From positions 526,582 to 590,581 of the forward strand of contig CAVOLF010000005.1 of assembly GCA_963696805.1 (NCBI GenBank): DNA of 64,000 nucleotides, read 5' to 3'. The notes beneath the pieces are model-generated. The model did not search any database. It saw only the letters and a list, made by a program, of their open reading frames with translations, and was not told the origin of the DNA. Source of the DNA: an uncultured Rikenellaceae bacterium. GTDB lineage: Bacteria; Bacteroidota; Bacteroidia; Bacteroidales; VadinHA17. This document shows, piece by piece, positions 52,849 to 63,471 of the stretch (the stretch's first letter is position 1; the number at the start of each line of letters is the position of its first letter). The position numbers and the translations under genes were made by a program.

Positions 52849-53784
52849 CCCGTAATTGGCAAAGTCGATATTCCTCCGGATCATTTTATAGCCGGTACGC
52901 TTTATTGGCGACGACCTGAAAGTCTTCTTAAAGTCTTCAGGTGTCATATTCTGCCAGTCTCTTCTCGTCAGTGAAGTGACTTGAAATTCCGGCACAAGGT
53001 CTTTATCGGTGTATGGCACGGCCTTGTTGTTCCATGGGCAGACCTCCTGGCAACGGTCGCATCCAAAAATCATGTTTTCCGTTTTGCCGCTGGACTCTTC
53101 CGGCAGATTACCCTCATGTTCAATTGTAAGGTAGGATATACAGCGGCGTGCATCTATTGTCCGGTCATCGCAGATGGCACCTGTAGGGCATGCATCAATA
53201 CAAAGGGTGCAGTTGCCACAACGATCGCGGGCAGAAGTGTCATCATAGAGAAACTCTGCCGTGGTAACAATCTCACCGATAAAAAAGTAGGAGCCGATAT
53301 CCTTGTTAATGACCAGGCTGTGCCGTCCGCGCCATCCCAGCCCGGCACGTATGGCCCATGCCTTCTCGGTAACGGGGCCTGCATCACAGAATACCCTGCA
53401 TGATGCTTCAGGCACCTCCTTCTTAATGATTTTCTGGACACGGTCAAGTTTCTCTTCCATTACCAGGTGGTAGTCCCTTACCCGGGCATAGCGACTGACA
53501 AAGTAATTGTCGGCACCGGCGGAAGGGTCATTGCTGTAGTAGCGCAGACCTGCAACAATCACTGATTTTGCCCCCTCAACCAGCGAAGTGATGTCGCCTC
53601 GTTTATCGAGATTTCTTTCCAGGAATTTCATTGATCCACCTTTGCCGGCTTCCATCCATTCGCTGATATGATGGCTGTCTTCGTGATGCGGTGAAGCATG
53701 GGCTATACCGAAAATATCAAAGCCTTCCATCCGGAGGCTTTCGCGGATTTTCCAGGTAAGTGCTATTTTACGTGCATCAGTCAA
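52831..53784 (-). CDS. queG: tRNA epoxyqueuosine(34) reductase
   Basis: Two 4Fe-4S motifs, CGNCTLCIDACPTGA and CDRCQEVCPWN, with the QueG-typical length and layout. The 3-prime ends of queG and the NPP gene overlap by 18 bp. Confidence 0.9.
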   Translation of the reverse strand: MTDARKIALTWKIRESLRMEGFDIFGIAHASPHHEDSHHISEWMEAGKGGSMKFLERNLDKRGDITSLVEGAKSVIVAGLRYYSNDPSAGADNYFVSRYARVRDYHLVMEEKLDRVQKIIKKEVPEASCRVFCDAGPVTEKAWAIRAGLGWRGRHSLVINKDIGSYFFIGEIVTTAEFLYDDTSARDRCGNCTLCIDACPTGAICDDRTIDARRCISYLTIEHEGNLPEESSGKTENMIFGCDRCQEVCPWNNKAVPYTDKDLVPEFQVTSLTRRDWQNMTPEDFKKTFRSSPIKRTGYKMIRRNIDFANYGSPEKR

Positions 53785-53794
53785 AATATTGTTC

Positions 53795-54115
53795 TCAGAG
53801 CAATCCTAATTCAAGCTTGGCCTCGTCAGTCAGCATGTCGCGGTCCCATGGTGGTGTAAAGGTAAGAGTAAGATCACACTCCCTGACCCCCCTGGTACCG
53901 GCAACCTTATACCTTACCTCTTCCACGAGATCCTCAGCCATGGGGCAGTTCGGGGCGGTGAGCGTCATTGTGATGTGCGCCACCTGTTCCTCATCAACCC
54001 TGACCTCATAGATAAGACCAAGGTCATAAATGTTAACCGGTATCTCAGGGTCAAAAATGCTTTTAAGCACTCCTACTATTCTTACTTCAGTCTCCTGTAT
54101 CTCCTGTGTGTTCAT
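53795..54115 (-). CDS. Fe-S cluster assembly protein, DUF59/SufT-like
   Basis: 106 aa. DPEIPVNIYDLGLIY...TLTAPNCPMAE, typical of the MIP18/SufT family. Confidence 0.8.
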   Translation of the reverse strand: MNTQEIQETEVRIVGVLKSIFDPEIPVNIYDLGLIYEVRVDEEQVAHITMTLTAPNCPMAEDLVEEVRYKVAGTRGVRECDLTLTFTPPWDRDMLTDEAKLELGLL

Positions 54116-54546
54116 GTCTGTTCCTGTCTCGATTTGTAAGCCAGCGCATAAAGCCGCATCTGCTTCATCATGGCAAGCAGTCCGTTGGAGCGGGTGGGAG
54201 AGAGGTTTTCCCTCAGCCCTATCCGCTCAATGAAATAGATGTCGGCGCCAAGTATCTCATCGGGGGTGCGGCCTGTGAATACCCTCACCAGGAGAGCTAC
54301 AATGCCACGAGTTATCAGGGCGTCACTCTCCGCTGTAAAGGTAATTAATCCGTCAGTGAAGGAAGGATAAAGCCACACCTTGCTCTGGCAACCCTCAATG
54401 AGGAAGTCGGGGGTCTTGTGCACCTCATCGAAAGGAGGAAGCGATTTCCCCAGGTCGATGAGGTACTCATATCTCTCCATCCAGTCGCTGAACAGCAAAA
54501 ACTCCTCTATGATCTGATCCTGTATCTCGTTAATGTTCATTTTCAA
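54112..54546 (-). CDS. sufE: SufE-family cysteine desulfuration protein
   Basis: 144 aa. YEYLIDLGK...EGCQSKVWL active-site context. It overlaps the next gene by 4 nt. Confidence 0.85.
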   Translation of the reverse strand: MKMNINEIQDQIIEEFLLFSDWMERYEYLIDLGKSLPPFDEVHKTPDFLIEGCQSKVWLYPSFTDGLITFTAESDALITRGIVALLVRVFTGRTPDEILGADIYFIERIGLRENLSPTRSNGLLAMMKQMRLYALAYKSRQEQT

Positions 54547-54549
54547 AGG

Positions 54550-55776
54550 TTATGCGAACATTTCAGTCACTTTCCTTACTCCCTGCACCAGTGCATCGAT
54601 CTCCTCCTCTGTATTGTAGAATGCCATCGAGGCCCTTATGGTTCCGCTTATTCCGTATCGTTCCATCACCGGCTGGGCGCAATGTGTTCCTGTCCTTACC
54701 GCGATACCCATCTTGTCAAGAATCATGCCTGCGTCATACTGGTGTATGTTTCCGGGAAGGAATGAAATCACTGACACCTTTTGCGGAGCTGTTCCGTAAA
54801 TGCGCATGCCGGTGATGGATGATAATCCGGTAGTTGCCCTGGCAAGAAGGGCTTGTTCTCTTTCAGCTACCGCCTCGCGTCCCAAAGCTGTAAGGTAGTC
54901 GAGGGCTGCAGCCATGCCTATTGCTCCCGTGAAGTTTGTTGTTCCTGCCTCGAACTTGAAAGGCAGCTCGTTGTATGTTGTCTTCTCAAAGGTAACGTTT
55001 GCGACCATATCGCCACCTCCCTGGTAGGGCGGGATCTCATTCAGGAGGTTCTCTTTACCGTAAAGCACGCCTATGCCGTTCGGGCCGTAAATCTTGTGGC
55101 CGGAGAAGACGTAGAAATCGCACCCGATATCTTTCACGTCCACGATGCCGTGCTGTATGCCCTGAGCCCCGTCAACAAGCACCGGGATACCGTGACAGTG
55201 TGCTTCGGCCACTATCTCCTTAACAGGATTGACGGTCCCGAGCACATTGGAGACGTGAGTGACGGCCACGATACGGGTTCGTTCGGTAAGCAGGTTGCGG
55301 TAAGCCTCAAGGTCCAGCACGCCCTCGTCTGTAAAGGGTATGACCCTGAGTTTCGCGCCCTTCCTTCCGCATAGCATCTGCCATGGAACGATGTTGGCAT
55401 GGTGCTCCATACCACTGATGACTATCTCATCGCCCTCCGTGACAAACCTCTCTCCGAATGAGAAGGCCACTGCATTGATTGAAGCCGTGGTGCCGGCGGT
55501 GAAGATTATCTCTTCTCTCTTCGGTGCATTTATGAATGCCCTGACGGTCTCGCGGGCAGCCTCATAGCGGTCTGAGACAATATCGGAGAGGCTGTGCACT
55601 CCCCTGTGAACATTGGCGTTGGCCGTGCGGTAGAGCTCTTCCATCACCCTGATCACGTGTTCCGGTTTCTGAGTGGTGGCTCCGTTATCAAGATATACAA
55701 GCGGCTTTCCGTGAACCCTGACTGAAAGGATCGGGAATTCTGAACGTATCTCCTCTATGGTTTTTGACAGCTCCAT
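54550..55776 (-). CDS. sufS: Cysteine desulfurase SufS (class V aminotransferase)
   Basis: YLDNGATTQKP, PLP-lysine context FSGHKIYGPNGIG, and active Cys RTGTHCAQP. The start is taken at internal ATG 55774-55776 (MELSKTIEEIR), which removes the overlap with sufD. Confidence 0.9.
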   Translation of the reverse strand: MELSKTIEEIRSEFPILSVRVHGKPLVYLDNGATTQKPEHVIRVMEELYRTANANVHRGVHSLSDIVSDRYEAARETVRAFINAPKREEIIFTAGTTASINAVAFSFGERFVTEGDEIVISGMEHHANIVPWQMLCGRKGAKLRVIPFTDEGVLDLEAYRNLLTERTRIVAVTHVSNVLGTVNPVKEIVAEAHCHGIPVLVDGAQGIQHGIVDVKDIGCDFYVFSGHKIYGPNGIGVLYGKENLLNEIPPYQGGGDMVANVTFEKTTYNELPFKFEAGTTNFTGAIGMAAALDYLTALGREAVAEREQALLARATTGLSSITGMRIYGTAPQKVSVISFLPGNIHQYDAGMILDKMGIAVRTGTHCAQPVMERYGISGTIRASMAFYNTEEEIDALVQGVRKVTEMFA

Positions 55777-55784
55777 CACTCCGT

Positions 55785-57143
55785 TCAGTTGCACTGTATA
55801 GCACATGAAGCGCAGCGCGAAAGCTCACCGCGGAGGCGTTTCAGTACAAGGTTGTCTATCCGCTCACGGAGAGCCTCGATGGGGATATTCTTTATCACGT
55901 CATGTGCAAAACCGAACATGAGCATCAGCCTGGCTTCGCGTGCATCAATCCCCCGCGAACGGAGGTAGAACAGGGCGTTCTCGTCAAGCTGGCCGACGGT
56001 GGCGCCGTGGCTGCATTTGACATCATCAGCGTAGATCTCAAGCTGAGGTTTGGTATCCATGCGTGCCGTGTCAGAGAGGATGATGTTGTTATTGCTCTGG
56101 AAGGCATTGGTCTTTTGCGCCTCCTTGTGCACCATGATGCGACCGTTGAAGGCACCGCTGGAGTTTTCATCAAGAACACCTTTGAAGAGTTGTGTGCTGT
56201 TGCAGTTGGGAGCGGCGTGATCAACCATCACGAAGTTGGCTATATGTTGCTGTTTGTCAGCAAGGTACAGGCCGTAGGAATGTGTCTCGGAATTCTCTCC
56301 GTTGAGGCGGTGCCAGGTGGCGTTTCGCACAAGGCCGCCGTGCAGCGTGATATTGTTTGATGATGCGTAGCTGTCGCGCTCCTGGTGGATGAAGGTGTGG
56401 GTAATCTTGCCCGAGTTGTTGTGCTGGTTCTGAACCCTGATGATCTCAAACCTCGCATTCTGCCCTACGTAGACCTCTGTTACGGTGTTGGTAAGGAAAT
56501 GCTGCGGTGAGATGGCATGGTCACAAACCAGGAGTGAGAGCTGTGCCCCCTCTTCAACGATAACCAGGTTGCGGTCCTGTGCAAAAATATCCTTGTCGGA
56601 GTGAAGCAGGTTAACTATCTGTATCGGTTTTGTATAGGCGGTGTTCCTGGGGGCATATAGGAAGAGTCCGTCAGAGGCCATCGCGGTGTTCAGCGGCACC
56701 AGTCCGTCGTTCTCATTCTGCGCGTATTTGTTGTAATGCCTTTCCACCAGTGCCGGGAACTGCCTGGCTGCTGCCTTCATGCTTCCGACCCATACCCCTC
56801 CCGGGAGCATCACCAGGCCCTCTTCGCCGCGGGGGAAGAACCCGTTAAGCAGTACCATGTTCCATACATCAAGGTCCTCGACCTCGCAGTGGAACTTCTC
56901 TGCCTCCCTGAAGTCGGCAGGCATAGGGGAGTAGTACTCCTGGTACTGAAAGCCGAAGGACTTTTCGAGGTTCGTATATTTGTATGCTTCGTTTTTCCTG
57001 TCAGGGATGCCGAGACGGAGGAACTCCTCAAATGCATGGTCACGGTGCCTGTTGAAGATCTCCGGGGAGCTTTTCAGGAAAGTACCGTGGCCGCCCGCAT
57101 AGAGCTCTGACAGCTTGCTTGTTACTTCCGGTCTGTAGTCCAT
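55785..57143 (-). CDS. sufD: Fe-S cluster assembly protein SufD
   Basis: 452 aa. The C-terminal KCSHGATVGQLDENALFYLRSRGIDAREARLMLMFGF is typical SufD text. Confidence 0.85.
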   Translation of the reverse strand: MDYRPEVTSKLSELYAGGHGTFLKSSPEIFNRHRDHAFEEFLRLGIPDRKNEAYKYTNLEKSFGFQYQEYYSPMPADFREAEKFHCEVEDLDVWNMVLLNGFFPRGEEGLVMLPGGVWVGSMKAAARQFPALVERHYNKYAQNENDGLVPLNTAMASDGLFLYAPRNTAYTKPIQIVNLLHSDKDIFAQDRNLVIVEEGAQLSLLVCDHAISPQHFLTNTVTEVYVGQNARFEIIRVQNQHNNSGKITHTFIHQERDSYASSNNITLHGGLVRNATWHRLNGENSETHSYGLYLADKQQHIANFVMVDHAAPNCNSTQLFKGVLDENSSGAFNGRIMVHKEAQKTNAFQSNNNIILSDTARMDTKPQLEIYADDVKCSHGATVGQLDENALFYLRSRGIDAREARLMLMFGFAHDVIKNIPIEALRERIDNLVLKRLRGELSRCASCAIQCN

Positions 57144-57919
57144 GTCTCTTCGCTGACGTCTGCTTCCTTCCTTATCCAGTCGTATCCTCTCGCCTCAAGT
57201 TCGAGAGCCAGTTCAGGGCCAGCCGATCTGACGATGCGGCCGTCGTACATCACATGAACATAATCGGGCACGATATAGTCAAGCAGCCTCTGGTAATGGG
57301 TTATGACGATGACCGATGTGTCGGGCCTGCGTATCTTGTTGACACCGTTGGCCACGATGCGCAGTGCGTCTATGTCAAGACCTGAGTCTGTCTCATCGAG
57401 GAGTGCCAGTCTCGGCTCAAGCATCGCCATCTGGAAGATCTCGTTCTTTTTCTTTTCGCCTCCTGAGAAGCCTTCGTTGACACTCCTGTTGGTCAGTGCC
57501 GAGTCGATCTCAACCAGATCCTTCTTCTCACGCATCTGCCGCAGGAATTCCGAGGCCGAGAGCGGCTCCAGCCCGTGATGCTTGCGCTGCTCATTGATTG
57601 CGGTCTTCATGAAGTTGACCATGCTTACTCCCGGGATCTCTATCGGGTACTGGAATGAGAGGAAGATGCCCTCCCGTGCCCTCTCCTCGGGCGACATTTC
57701 CAGGAGGTCTTTGCCCTCAAAGGTGACAGACCCGTGGGTGACGGTAGCAATATCACGGCCTGTCAGAACATTGGCCAGAGTGCTCTTACCGCTTCCGTTG
57801 GGTCCCATGATTGCATGTATCTCCCCTGGTCTGACCTCGAGGTCGAGACCCTTGAGGATCTCCTTATTATCTATTGAGGCTTTTAGTTCCTTTATCTGTA
57901 ATAAAAATTCACTTTTCAT
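57122..57919 (-). CDS. sufC: Fe-S cluster assembly ATPase SufC
   Basis: GPNGSGKSTL, FSGGEKKKNEI and LLDETDSGLDIDAL. Confidence 0.92.
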   Translation of the reverse strand: MKSEFLLQIKELKASIDNKEILKGLDLEVRPGEIHAIMGPNGSGKSTLANVLTGRDIATVTHGSVTFEGKDLLEMSPEERAREGIFLSFQYPIEIPGVSMVNFMKTAINEQRKHHGLEPLSASEFLRQMREKKDLVEIDSALTNRSVNEGFSGGEKKKNEIFQMAMLEPRLALLDETDSGLDIDALRIVANGVNKIRRPDTSVIVITHYQRLLDYIVPDYVHVMYDGRIVRSAGPELALELEARGYDWIRKEADVSEETWTTDRK

Positions 57920-57942
57920 ATCCTGTTTGTAGTAAAATCATT

Positions 57943-59415
57943 TTAACCGACACTGCCTTCAAGACTGATCTGCAGGAGCTTCTGTGCCTCCACGGCAAAC
58001 TCCATCGGAAGCTTATTGATGACTTCCCGGGCGTAGCCGTTGACAATCAGTCCGATGGCATCTTCTGTTGAGATCCCCCTCTGGTTGCAGTAGAAGATCT
58101 GGTCTTCGCCGATGCGTGAGGTGGTCGCTTCATGTTCCACAATGGCCGAGGGATTGTCAACCTCGATGTAAGGGAAGGTATGTGCCCCGCACTTATCTCC
58201 CAGGAGGAGCGAGTCGCACTGTGAGAAGTTACGGGCTCCCTCGGCTTTGCCAAGCACCTTTACCAGTCCGCGGTAGCTGTTCTGGCCGAAGCCGGCGGAG
58301 ATACCCTTGGAGATAATAGTACTCTTTGTGTTCTTACCGATGTGGATCATCTTCGTACCTGTGTCAGCCTGCTGGTAGTTATTGGTGACGGCAACGGAGT
58401 AGAACTCGCCTGTGCTGTTGTTACCGCGGAGGATGCATGATGGGTACTTCCATGTAATTGCGGAGCCTGTCTCGACCTGCGTCCATGATATTTTTGAATC
58501 ATCGCCCTTGCATATGCCGCGTTTAGTGACGAAGTTGAATATCCCGCCCTTACCCTCCTTGTCTCCGGGGTACCAGTTCTGCACGGTGCTGTACTTGACT
58601 TCGGCGCCGCGTTCTGCCACTATTTCCACCACTGCTGCATGCAGCTGGTGCTCGTCGCGCATAGGTGCCGTACATCCTTCAAGGTAGCTGACATAGGCTT
58701 CCTCATCGGCTATCAGGAGTGTGCGTTCAAACTGCCCGGTGTTGGAGGCGTTGATGCGGAAGTAGGTAGACAGTTCCATGGGGCACCTGACACCCTTGGG
58801 TATATAGCAGAATGAGCCGTCAGAGAAGACTGCCGAGTTGAGTGTTGCGAAGAAGTTGTCTGTATAGGGAACAACCGAAGCAAGGTACTTCTGAACCAGC
58901 GACGGGTGTTCCCTTACCGCCTCGGAGAATGAGCAGAAGATGATGCCCATCTCTGCGAGTGTCTCACGGAAGGTTGTCTTCACCGATATTGAGTCCATCA
59001 CTGCATCAACGGCAACGCCGGTGAGGCGTTTCTGTTCGCCGAGAGGTATTCCGAGCTTGTCAAAGGTCTTTAGCAGCTCCGGATCAACCTCGCTGAGGCT
59101 GCCCGGGGCCGGTTTCTGCTTCGGTGCGGCGTAAAAGATAATTTCCTGATAGTTAATCTCGGCGATTTTCAGGTTGGCCCATGCCGGCATCTTCATCGTC
59201 TGCCAGTGACGGAAGGCCTTAAGGCGGAACTCGAGCATCCACTCAGGCTCCTCCTTCTTGGCAGAGATGAGTCTGACAACATCTTCACTCAGTCCTTTGG
59301 GGATGACATCGGTCTCGATATCAGTCACGAAACCGTACTTGTACTCACCCGATGTCACTTCACCCAGCAGCTTATCCTGATCGTTTTCCATATCCTTTTC
59401 CTTCAATGAGTACAC
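57943..59415 (-). CDS. sufB: Fe-S cluster assembly scaffold SufB
   Basis: 490 aa. ...[20 protein letters not shown]..., [22 protein letters not shown]. The start may be the internal MENDQ at 59391. Confidence 0.92.
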   Translation of the reverse strand: MYSLKEKDMENDQDKLLGEVTSGEYKYGFVTDIETDVIPKGLSEDVVRLISAKKEEPEWMLEFRLKAFRHWQTMKMPAWANLKIAEINYQEIIFYAAPKQKPAPGSLSEVDPELLKTFDKLGIPLGEQKRLTGVAVDAVMDSISVKTTFRETLAEMGIIFCSFSEAVREHPSLVQKYLASVVPYTDNFFATLNSAVFSDGSFCYIPKGVRCPMELSTYFRINASNTGQFERTLLIADEEAYVSYLEGCTAPMRDEHQLHAAVVEIVAERGAEVKYSTVQNWYPGDKEGKGGIFNFVTKRGICKGDDSKISWTQVETGSAITWKYPSCILRGNNSTGEFYSVAVTNNYQQADTGTKMIHIGKNTKSTIISKGISAGFGQNSYRGLVKVLGKAEGARNFSQCDSLLLGDKCGAHTFPYIEVDNPSAIVEHEATTSRIGEDQIFYCNQRGISTEDAIGLIVNGYAREVINKLPMEFAVEAQKLLQISLEGSVG

Positions 59416-59677
59416 AAACTGAACAAATGGGCCCGATTAAAGTTTGTAGCACCTTATTGAATTGAGCAAAATTAATTAAAAATGACGAGATTGGAGGTGT
59501 GAATCGATGGTTTGAAGGACTCCGGACAGTTATCCGGTGGTGGCAGCTCCCGGGGATGTCTCAGCCTCGCTCCGTAAAGTTATAAGTCAGCGACAGGTTC
59601 AGGGTTTTTTCATTTCGGGCTTGAGTAAATTATGCGGGTGTGAGTGGCCGCGGGGTTGCTTTTACGGGCTGGCAGGA

Positions 59678-59830
59678 CTATCTTCTATTGTTGATTATCA
59701 GTGCACCGATGACTCCCGGCACCCATCCGCATAGGGTAAGGAGGAAGATGATGAGCACGGAGCCGCACCCCTTGTCTATTACAGCCAGAGGCGGACAAAT
59801 TATGCATACCAGGACACGTAGAATACCCAT
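59678..59830 (-). CDS. YqaE/Pmp3-family small membrane proteolipid (50 aa, below ORF-track cutoff)
   Basis: The reverse strand from ATG 59828-59830 translates to MGILRVLVCIICPPLAVIDKGCGSVLIIFLLTLCGWVPGVIGALIINNRR then TAG at 59678-59680. It matches the family pattern LPPLAV..G......N..LT.LG.IPG.IHA. Confidence 0.75.
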   Translation of the reverse strand: MGILRVLVCIICPPLAVIDKGCGSVLIIFLLTLCGWVPGVIGALIINNRR

Positions 59831-59882
59831 AGGAATTTGCGATTGTCGATTTAAGATTTTCGATTATAAAAATAAAAAAAAA

Positions 59883-59917
59883 TCACTACTGCCTACTGCC
59901 TATTGCCTGCTGCCTGA
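59883..59917. repeat. Family A heptamer array (mRNA sense CAGGCAG CAGGCAA TAGGCAG TAGGCAG TAGTGA)
   Basis: The plus strand reads TCACTACTGCCTACTGCCTATTGCCTGCTGCCTGA. In M1-peptidase sense it encodes the last residues RQQAIGSRQ, supplies TAG then TGA, and is followed by a long T-tract. Confidence 0.6.
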
Positions 59918-62453
59918 ACAGATGATCGGCGGCCTGGAGGATTTTCAGCTTCAGGTCAGGAGGGTAATCAGGGTGTTGCTCGAGGAATTTCTCTACAGTC
60001 TTCAGGGCTTCAGCCGAACGGTGCCCGGCCAGCGTTGTTGTGATCCATCCCCCGGGAAAGAAGATGTCACCGGTTCTCTTTATCTCCTCAAGCAGCTCAA
60101 GCGATGGGAGAATATAGTGTTCTGCCCTTTGTGCCACCATAGGGTGGTGAAGGTAACCAAGCGCCTCGAGCACCCAGGGTTCGTGTTCGCGGTTTGCCGG
60201 ATCGCTCAGGCTCCCAAAGAAGGCATCGCGCACCGCCGGATCAGCCGAAACCGACGGAATCACAAAGTCGAAACGCTGCAGCCGGTCGTTCCCGATGATG
60301 CGGGTTCGCTGAAAAGCTAATATCTCCGGGGCGTTTTCGGGATCCTTCAGTGCCAGGGTCAGTGCCAGGGTGCAGAGCTCATCCTCACTCAGTTTGGTGC
60401 CGCCGGGCAACTCTGCACTCTTCCATAAATCCCTCAGACGACTCAGTCCTCCGGCAGTGAGAGCTACATTCCGGTAGAGCCCGTACCAGGTCCTTTTTTC
60501 AGAGGCACTCTCAGAAACGGACATCTTTTGCCATATCATCTCCTCGGCTCCGGCAGCCATGGAGGCTCGGTCGGTATCAGAGAGCCAGTCCCAGTAGACT
60601 GATGCAAACCTGCCTGAAAGGTAATTGCGAAGTTGCGGGTCTGTTTCAGACTCCAGTGCCGAGTAGACCATTTTGTAAAAATCAGCAGGTGCGACGGCGC
60701 CGTTCAACAGGTTTTCATTCAGGTTGATCCACAATATCCCTCTCAGAAGCGGGTCAGGGAAGTCATTCGCATGATGTGCCAGGTGTGCGACAGTGACACT
60801 GTCATAAAGGAATGTCCCATAGGCCCTTCCTGATATATCAGGGATAATGCACAATGGCTCTCCCGATGCAGTTAAAAACGACTTCCTGCTGGCAGGCGTC
60901 ACCTCTCCTGTGACTGTATCGGCGGGGGTGATCACCATTGTCTCAAGGGTCTGTGGCCAGTGCCTTATTGTGCCTGCCGGGTCATCTTCACGGAAGGAGA
61001 CCCTGTATTCATCCCCTGAAGTTATGACTGGAGTGATCATCGGCATTCCGGCTTCCCTGAACCACATCCTGCTCCACTCATCAAGAGGCTCACGGGTGAC
61101 CTTTTCAATGATGGAAGTCAGGTCATTCCACCGGGCGTTGTCCCATGAGTATTCCTTAAGGTATATCTGAAGCGCCTTCCGCAGATTCTCTTCACCGGCA
61201 ACTTTTTCAAGCTGCCGCATCACGATCGGTGCCTTGTTGTAAATTATGGCTCCGTAGAGCGAACCTGCATCCTTCATGTTACCAAGTTCCTGTATTACAG
61301 GATTAGTACCTCGTGTGCGGTCAACAGAATATGCTGCGGGGTAACGTGAAAGCAGGAACCGAAGGTTATGGTTAATGTCCGGGAAATCCGGTTTCACGAT
61401 CAGGTCTGACATGTACCCGGCAAAGACCTCCTTAAGCCAGACATCGTCAAACCATTTCATAGTTACGAGGTCTCCGAACCAGATGTGCGATGTCTCATGG
61501 GCTATGAGCGAGGCACGCCCCAGCTGCTCGTTGAGTGTCGGTGTGGCTTCGAGAAGGAGGGAGGCGGCACGGTACAGTATCGATCCGGGATGTTCCATGC
61601 CGCTGTACTGGAAAGAGGGTATCAGCACGAATCCGAACTTGTCAAAGGGATAGGGTATCTGAGTATACTCTTCGAGCCATTTAAGTGAGTTGCAGTGCAG
61701 CCTGAAAATATTCTCGGCGTTGTTCTCAATATAACCCGGGCGGGTCTCGCGGTGAAGCATCTCCATCTTCACACCGTCAATCTCTTTTTCAACCAGTTCA
61801 AACCTGCCGGCTGCAAAGGCAAAGAGATAGGTGCTCAGTGGTTTCGTCTCCGCAAAGCGGATTATAACCCTTTCACCTGTGGTATCGGAGGCTGTAACCG
61901 GACTGTTGGACATTGCCCTGTATGATTCCGGAATGTCAAGTGTGAGGCTGTAGCGTGCCTTTATATCAGGCTGGTCAAAGCAGGGGAAGGCGGTTGAGGC
62001 GCGGTCAGGAACGAACAGTGTATAGAGGTAGTCATCATTGCGGTTAAGCGACATGTCTCCGGCACGGAAGACAATGTCCACAAGGTTGTATCTGCGCGCC
62101 AGGTGACTGCCGTCTATCACAATATGTCCGTTTGTCAGAACCGGCTCGACGGGTCTCCCGTTAACGGTAAGGGATTCCAGGTAATCATTTCCTGCCCGGA
62201 AATCCAGCACAAGAGGTTCTCTCTTTGATGTGAGCCGGAACGCAACGGATACCTTTCCGGTAATAGTTTCCTCCTTCCCCTCCGGGATGGTGAACTCCAG
62301 CCTGTAGCTCACCTCCTTTACGGTGGCGTTGCGGTAAGTGGCAAGCATCTTTGAGACTCCCTCCTCCAGGTAAATATCTCTATTAACCGGAGAGCACGAT
62401 GATATAGCAAGCAGAGTGAAGAGCAGCAGTTGCAGGGGCAGTTTCCTTTTCAT
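59886..62453 (-). CDS. M1-family zinc aminopeptidase, lipoprotein
   Basis: Lipobox LLAISSCSP. Exopeptidase motif SGMEHPG (GxMEN-like). Zinc motif HETSHIWFGDLVTMKWFDDVWLKE (HExxH-x18-E). Confidence 0.9.
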   Translation of the reverse strand: MKRKLPLQLLLFTLLAISSCSPVNRDIYLEEGVSKMLATYRNATVKEVSYRLEFTIPEGKEETITGKVSVAFRLTSKREPLVLDFRAGNDYLESLTVNGRPVEPVLTNGHIVIDGSHLARRYNLVDIVFRAGDMSLNRNDDYLYTLFVPDRASTAFPCFDQPDIKARYSLTLDIPESYRAMSNSPVTASDTTGERVIIRFAETKPLSTYLFAFAAGRFELVEKEIDGVKMEMLHRETRPGYIENNAENIFRLHCNSLKWLEEYTQIPYPFDKFGFVLIPSFQYSGMEHPGSILYRAASLLLEATPTLNEQLGRASLIAHETSHIWFGDLVTMKWFDDVWLKEVFAGYMSDLIVKPDFPDINHNLRFLLSRYPAAYSVDRTRGTNPVIQELGNMKDAGSLYGAIIYNKAPIVMRQLEKVAGEENLRKALQIYLKEYSWDNARWNDLTSIIEKVTREPLDEWSRMWFREAGMPMITPVITSGDEYRVSFREDDPAGTIRHWPQTLETMVITPADTVTGEVTPASRKSFLTASGEPLCIIPDISGRAYGTFLYDSVTVAHLAHHANDFPDPLLRGILWINLNENLLNGAVAPADFYKMVYSALESETDPQLRNYLSGRFASVYWDWLSDTDRASMAAGAEEMIWQKMSVSESASEKRTWYGLYRNVALTAGGLSRLRDLWKSAELPGGTKLSEDELCTLALTLALKDPENAPEILAFQRTRIIGNDRLQRFDFVIPSVSADPAVRDAFFGSLSDPANREHEPWVLEALGYLHHPMVAQRAEHYILPSLELLEEIKRTGDIFFPGGWITTTLAGHRSAEALKTVEKFLEQHPDYPPDLKLKILQAADHLFRQQAIGSRQ

Positions 62454-62520
62454 AGTCTGAAAGATAAAAGAAAAAATTCTGATACATGCCTCGCAACCCG
62501 AATTCAGGCAAAACCCGTTG

Positions 62521-62608
62521 ATCTTCGGACTTATAAAATCCGAGTCTGAGCTTCAGACTTCAGACCTCCTGACTTCCGGCTTTACGGACTTTCGATTTGC
62601 AGACTCGT
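62521..62608. repeat. Degenerate family B array (CGGACTTAT..., GAGCTTCAG ACTTCAGAC ... CGGCTTTAC GGACTTTCG ATTTGCAG)
   Basis: An intergenic stretch with ~9-bp periodic (G)GACTT-type units. It shares TTTACGGACTTT with 46087-46098. Confidence 0.5.
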
Positions 62609-62977
62609 CTAGCACAGCTCCTGAAACGCCTGCCTGAATTTCAGCGGACGGGCTATGTTGTGGAAGGTCTCAGTGGTGCCCCCGGTACCGATGATGGTTA
62701 TGGAACCGTAGTTCAGGATGCGGCCCATCACCGTCTGGTCGACATTCACCGTCTCTATCTTTGAGAGGTTCATCTCAAAAGTCCGCCTGGCAATGAAGCC
62801 CTCCTTTATGACGATGCGCCTGGTGGTTATGACGAACTCCGACAGCCATCGCTTGAACCAGGCATAGATTGTCAGTGTCAGGATGGATTTCAGGGTGAAA
62901 AATATAACCCAGTGGTATTTGGTTTCATAGGCTACTGATTCATCCCTGATGAGGTGCCCGTTGACATAGCTTCCCAT
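62609..62977 (-). CDS. Bacterial PH-domain (bPH_2/YdbS-like) membrane protein
   Basis: 122 aa. Two N-terminal hydrophobic helices, then ITTRRIVIKEGFIARRTFEMNLSKIETVNVDQTVMGRILNYGSITI. Confidence 0.8.
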   Translation of the reverse strand: MGSYVNGHLIRDESVAYETKYHWVIFFTLKSILTLTIYAWFKRWLSEFVITTRRIVIKEGFIARRTFEMNLSKIETVNVDQTVMGRILNYGSITIIGTGGTTETFHNIARPLKFRQAFQELC

Positions 62978-63003
62978 AGTCTGTAAGTATTTATCCGGTA
63001 TAT

Positions 63004-63390
63004 TCAGTCGGTCACTTTAACGGCCTTGTCCTCGCTCTGCCAGAGTCCGTGCTTGGTGCATACGGCCATGGCGCTGAGGTTCATTGAGACGTCAGGTGCG
63101 ACGATGAAGAAATCGACCTCGAAGTGAGTTGGTTTGTTGCCGTTGACGCCTGCCGAGTAGCGTGCTTCGGCCAGCAGCGTCTCCCTGTTCCAGAGTTGAA
63201 TGAGGCCTATGAAATGGTCGGGGTCATCAGGGTGCGGGTATTCCTCGCCCAGTCGCACCTTGACCATGAACTTATCGCCGCGGATGGCGGTGTCAGGACA
63301 GATGACATGGGGCATGTGGCGGTCGAGATAATCGCGCATGACCTCTTTCTCTTCCTTCTCTATCTCAATTGCTTTGAATACTCTTGGCAT
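63004..63390 (-). CDS. Superoxide reductase (1Fe-SOR / neelaredoxin-type)
   Basis: 128 aa. HVICP..., EEYPHPDDPDHFI and the CTKHGLWQSE motif (C-x2-H Fe ligands) are typical of the desulfoferrodoxin ferrous-iron domain. Confidence 0.85.
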   Translation of the reverse strand: MPRVFKAIEIEKEEKEVMRDYLDRHMPHVICPDTAIRGDKFMVKVRLGEEYPHPDDPDHFIGLIQLWNRETLLAEARYSAGVNGNKPTHFEVDFFIVAPDVSMNLSAMAVCTKHGLWQSEDKAVKVTD

Positions 63391-63471
63391 GGTGTTTTTG
63401 TTTTTATAACAACCGGTCGCTTAAAATGATCGCACCGGTGATGTAAATTTAATCAGATTTATGTTCAGTTG

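Noticed and set aside
59640-60320. 226-aa plus-strand ORF spanning the sufB-M1 peptidase spacer.
   Set aside because: It runs antisense through the Pmp3-like small gene, the family A repeat and the 3-prime end of the M1 peptidase. Its translation is Arg/Leu-rich with no motif, and the minus-strand interpretation explains the region.
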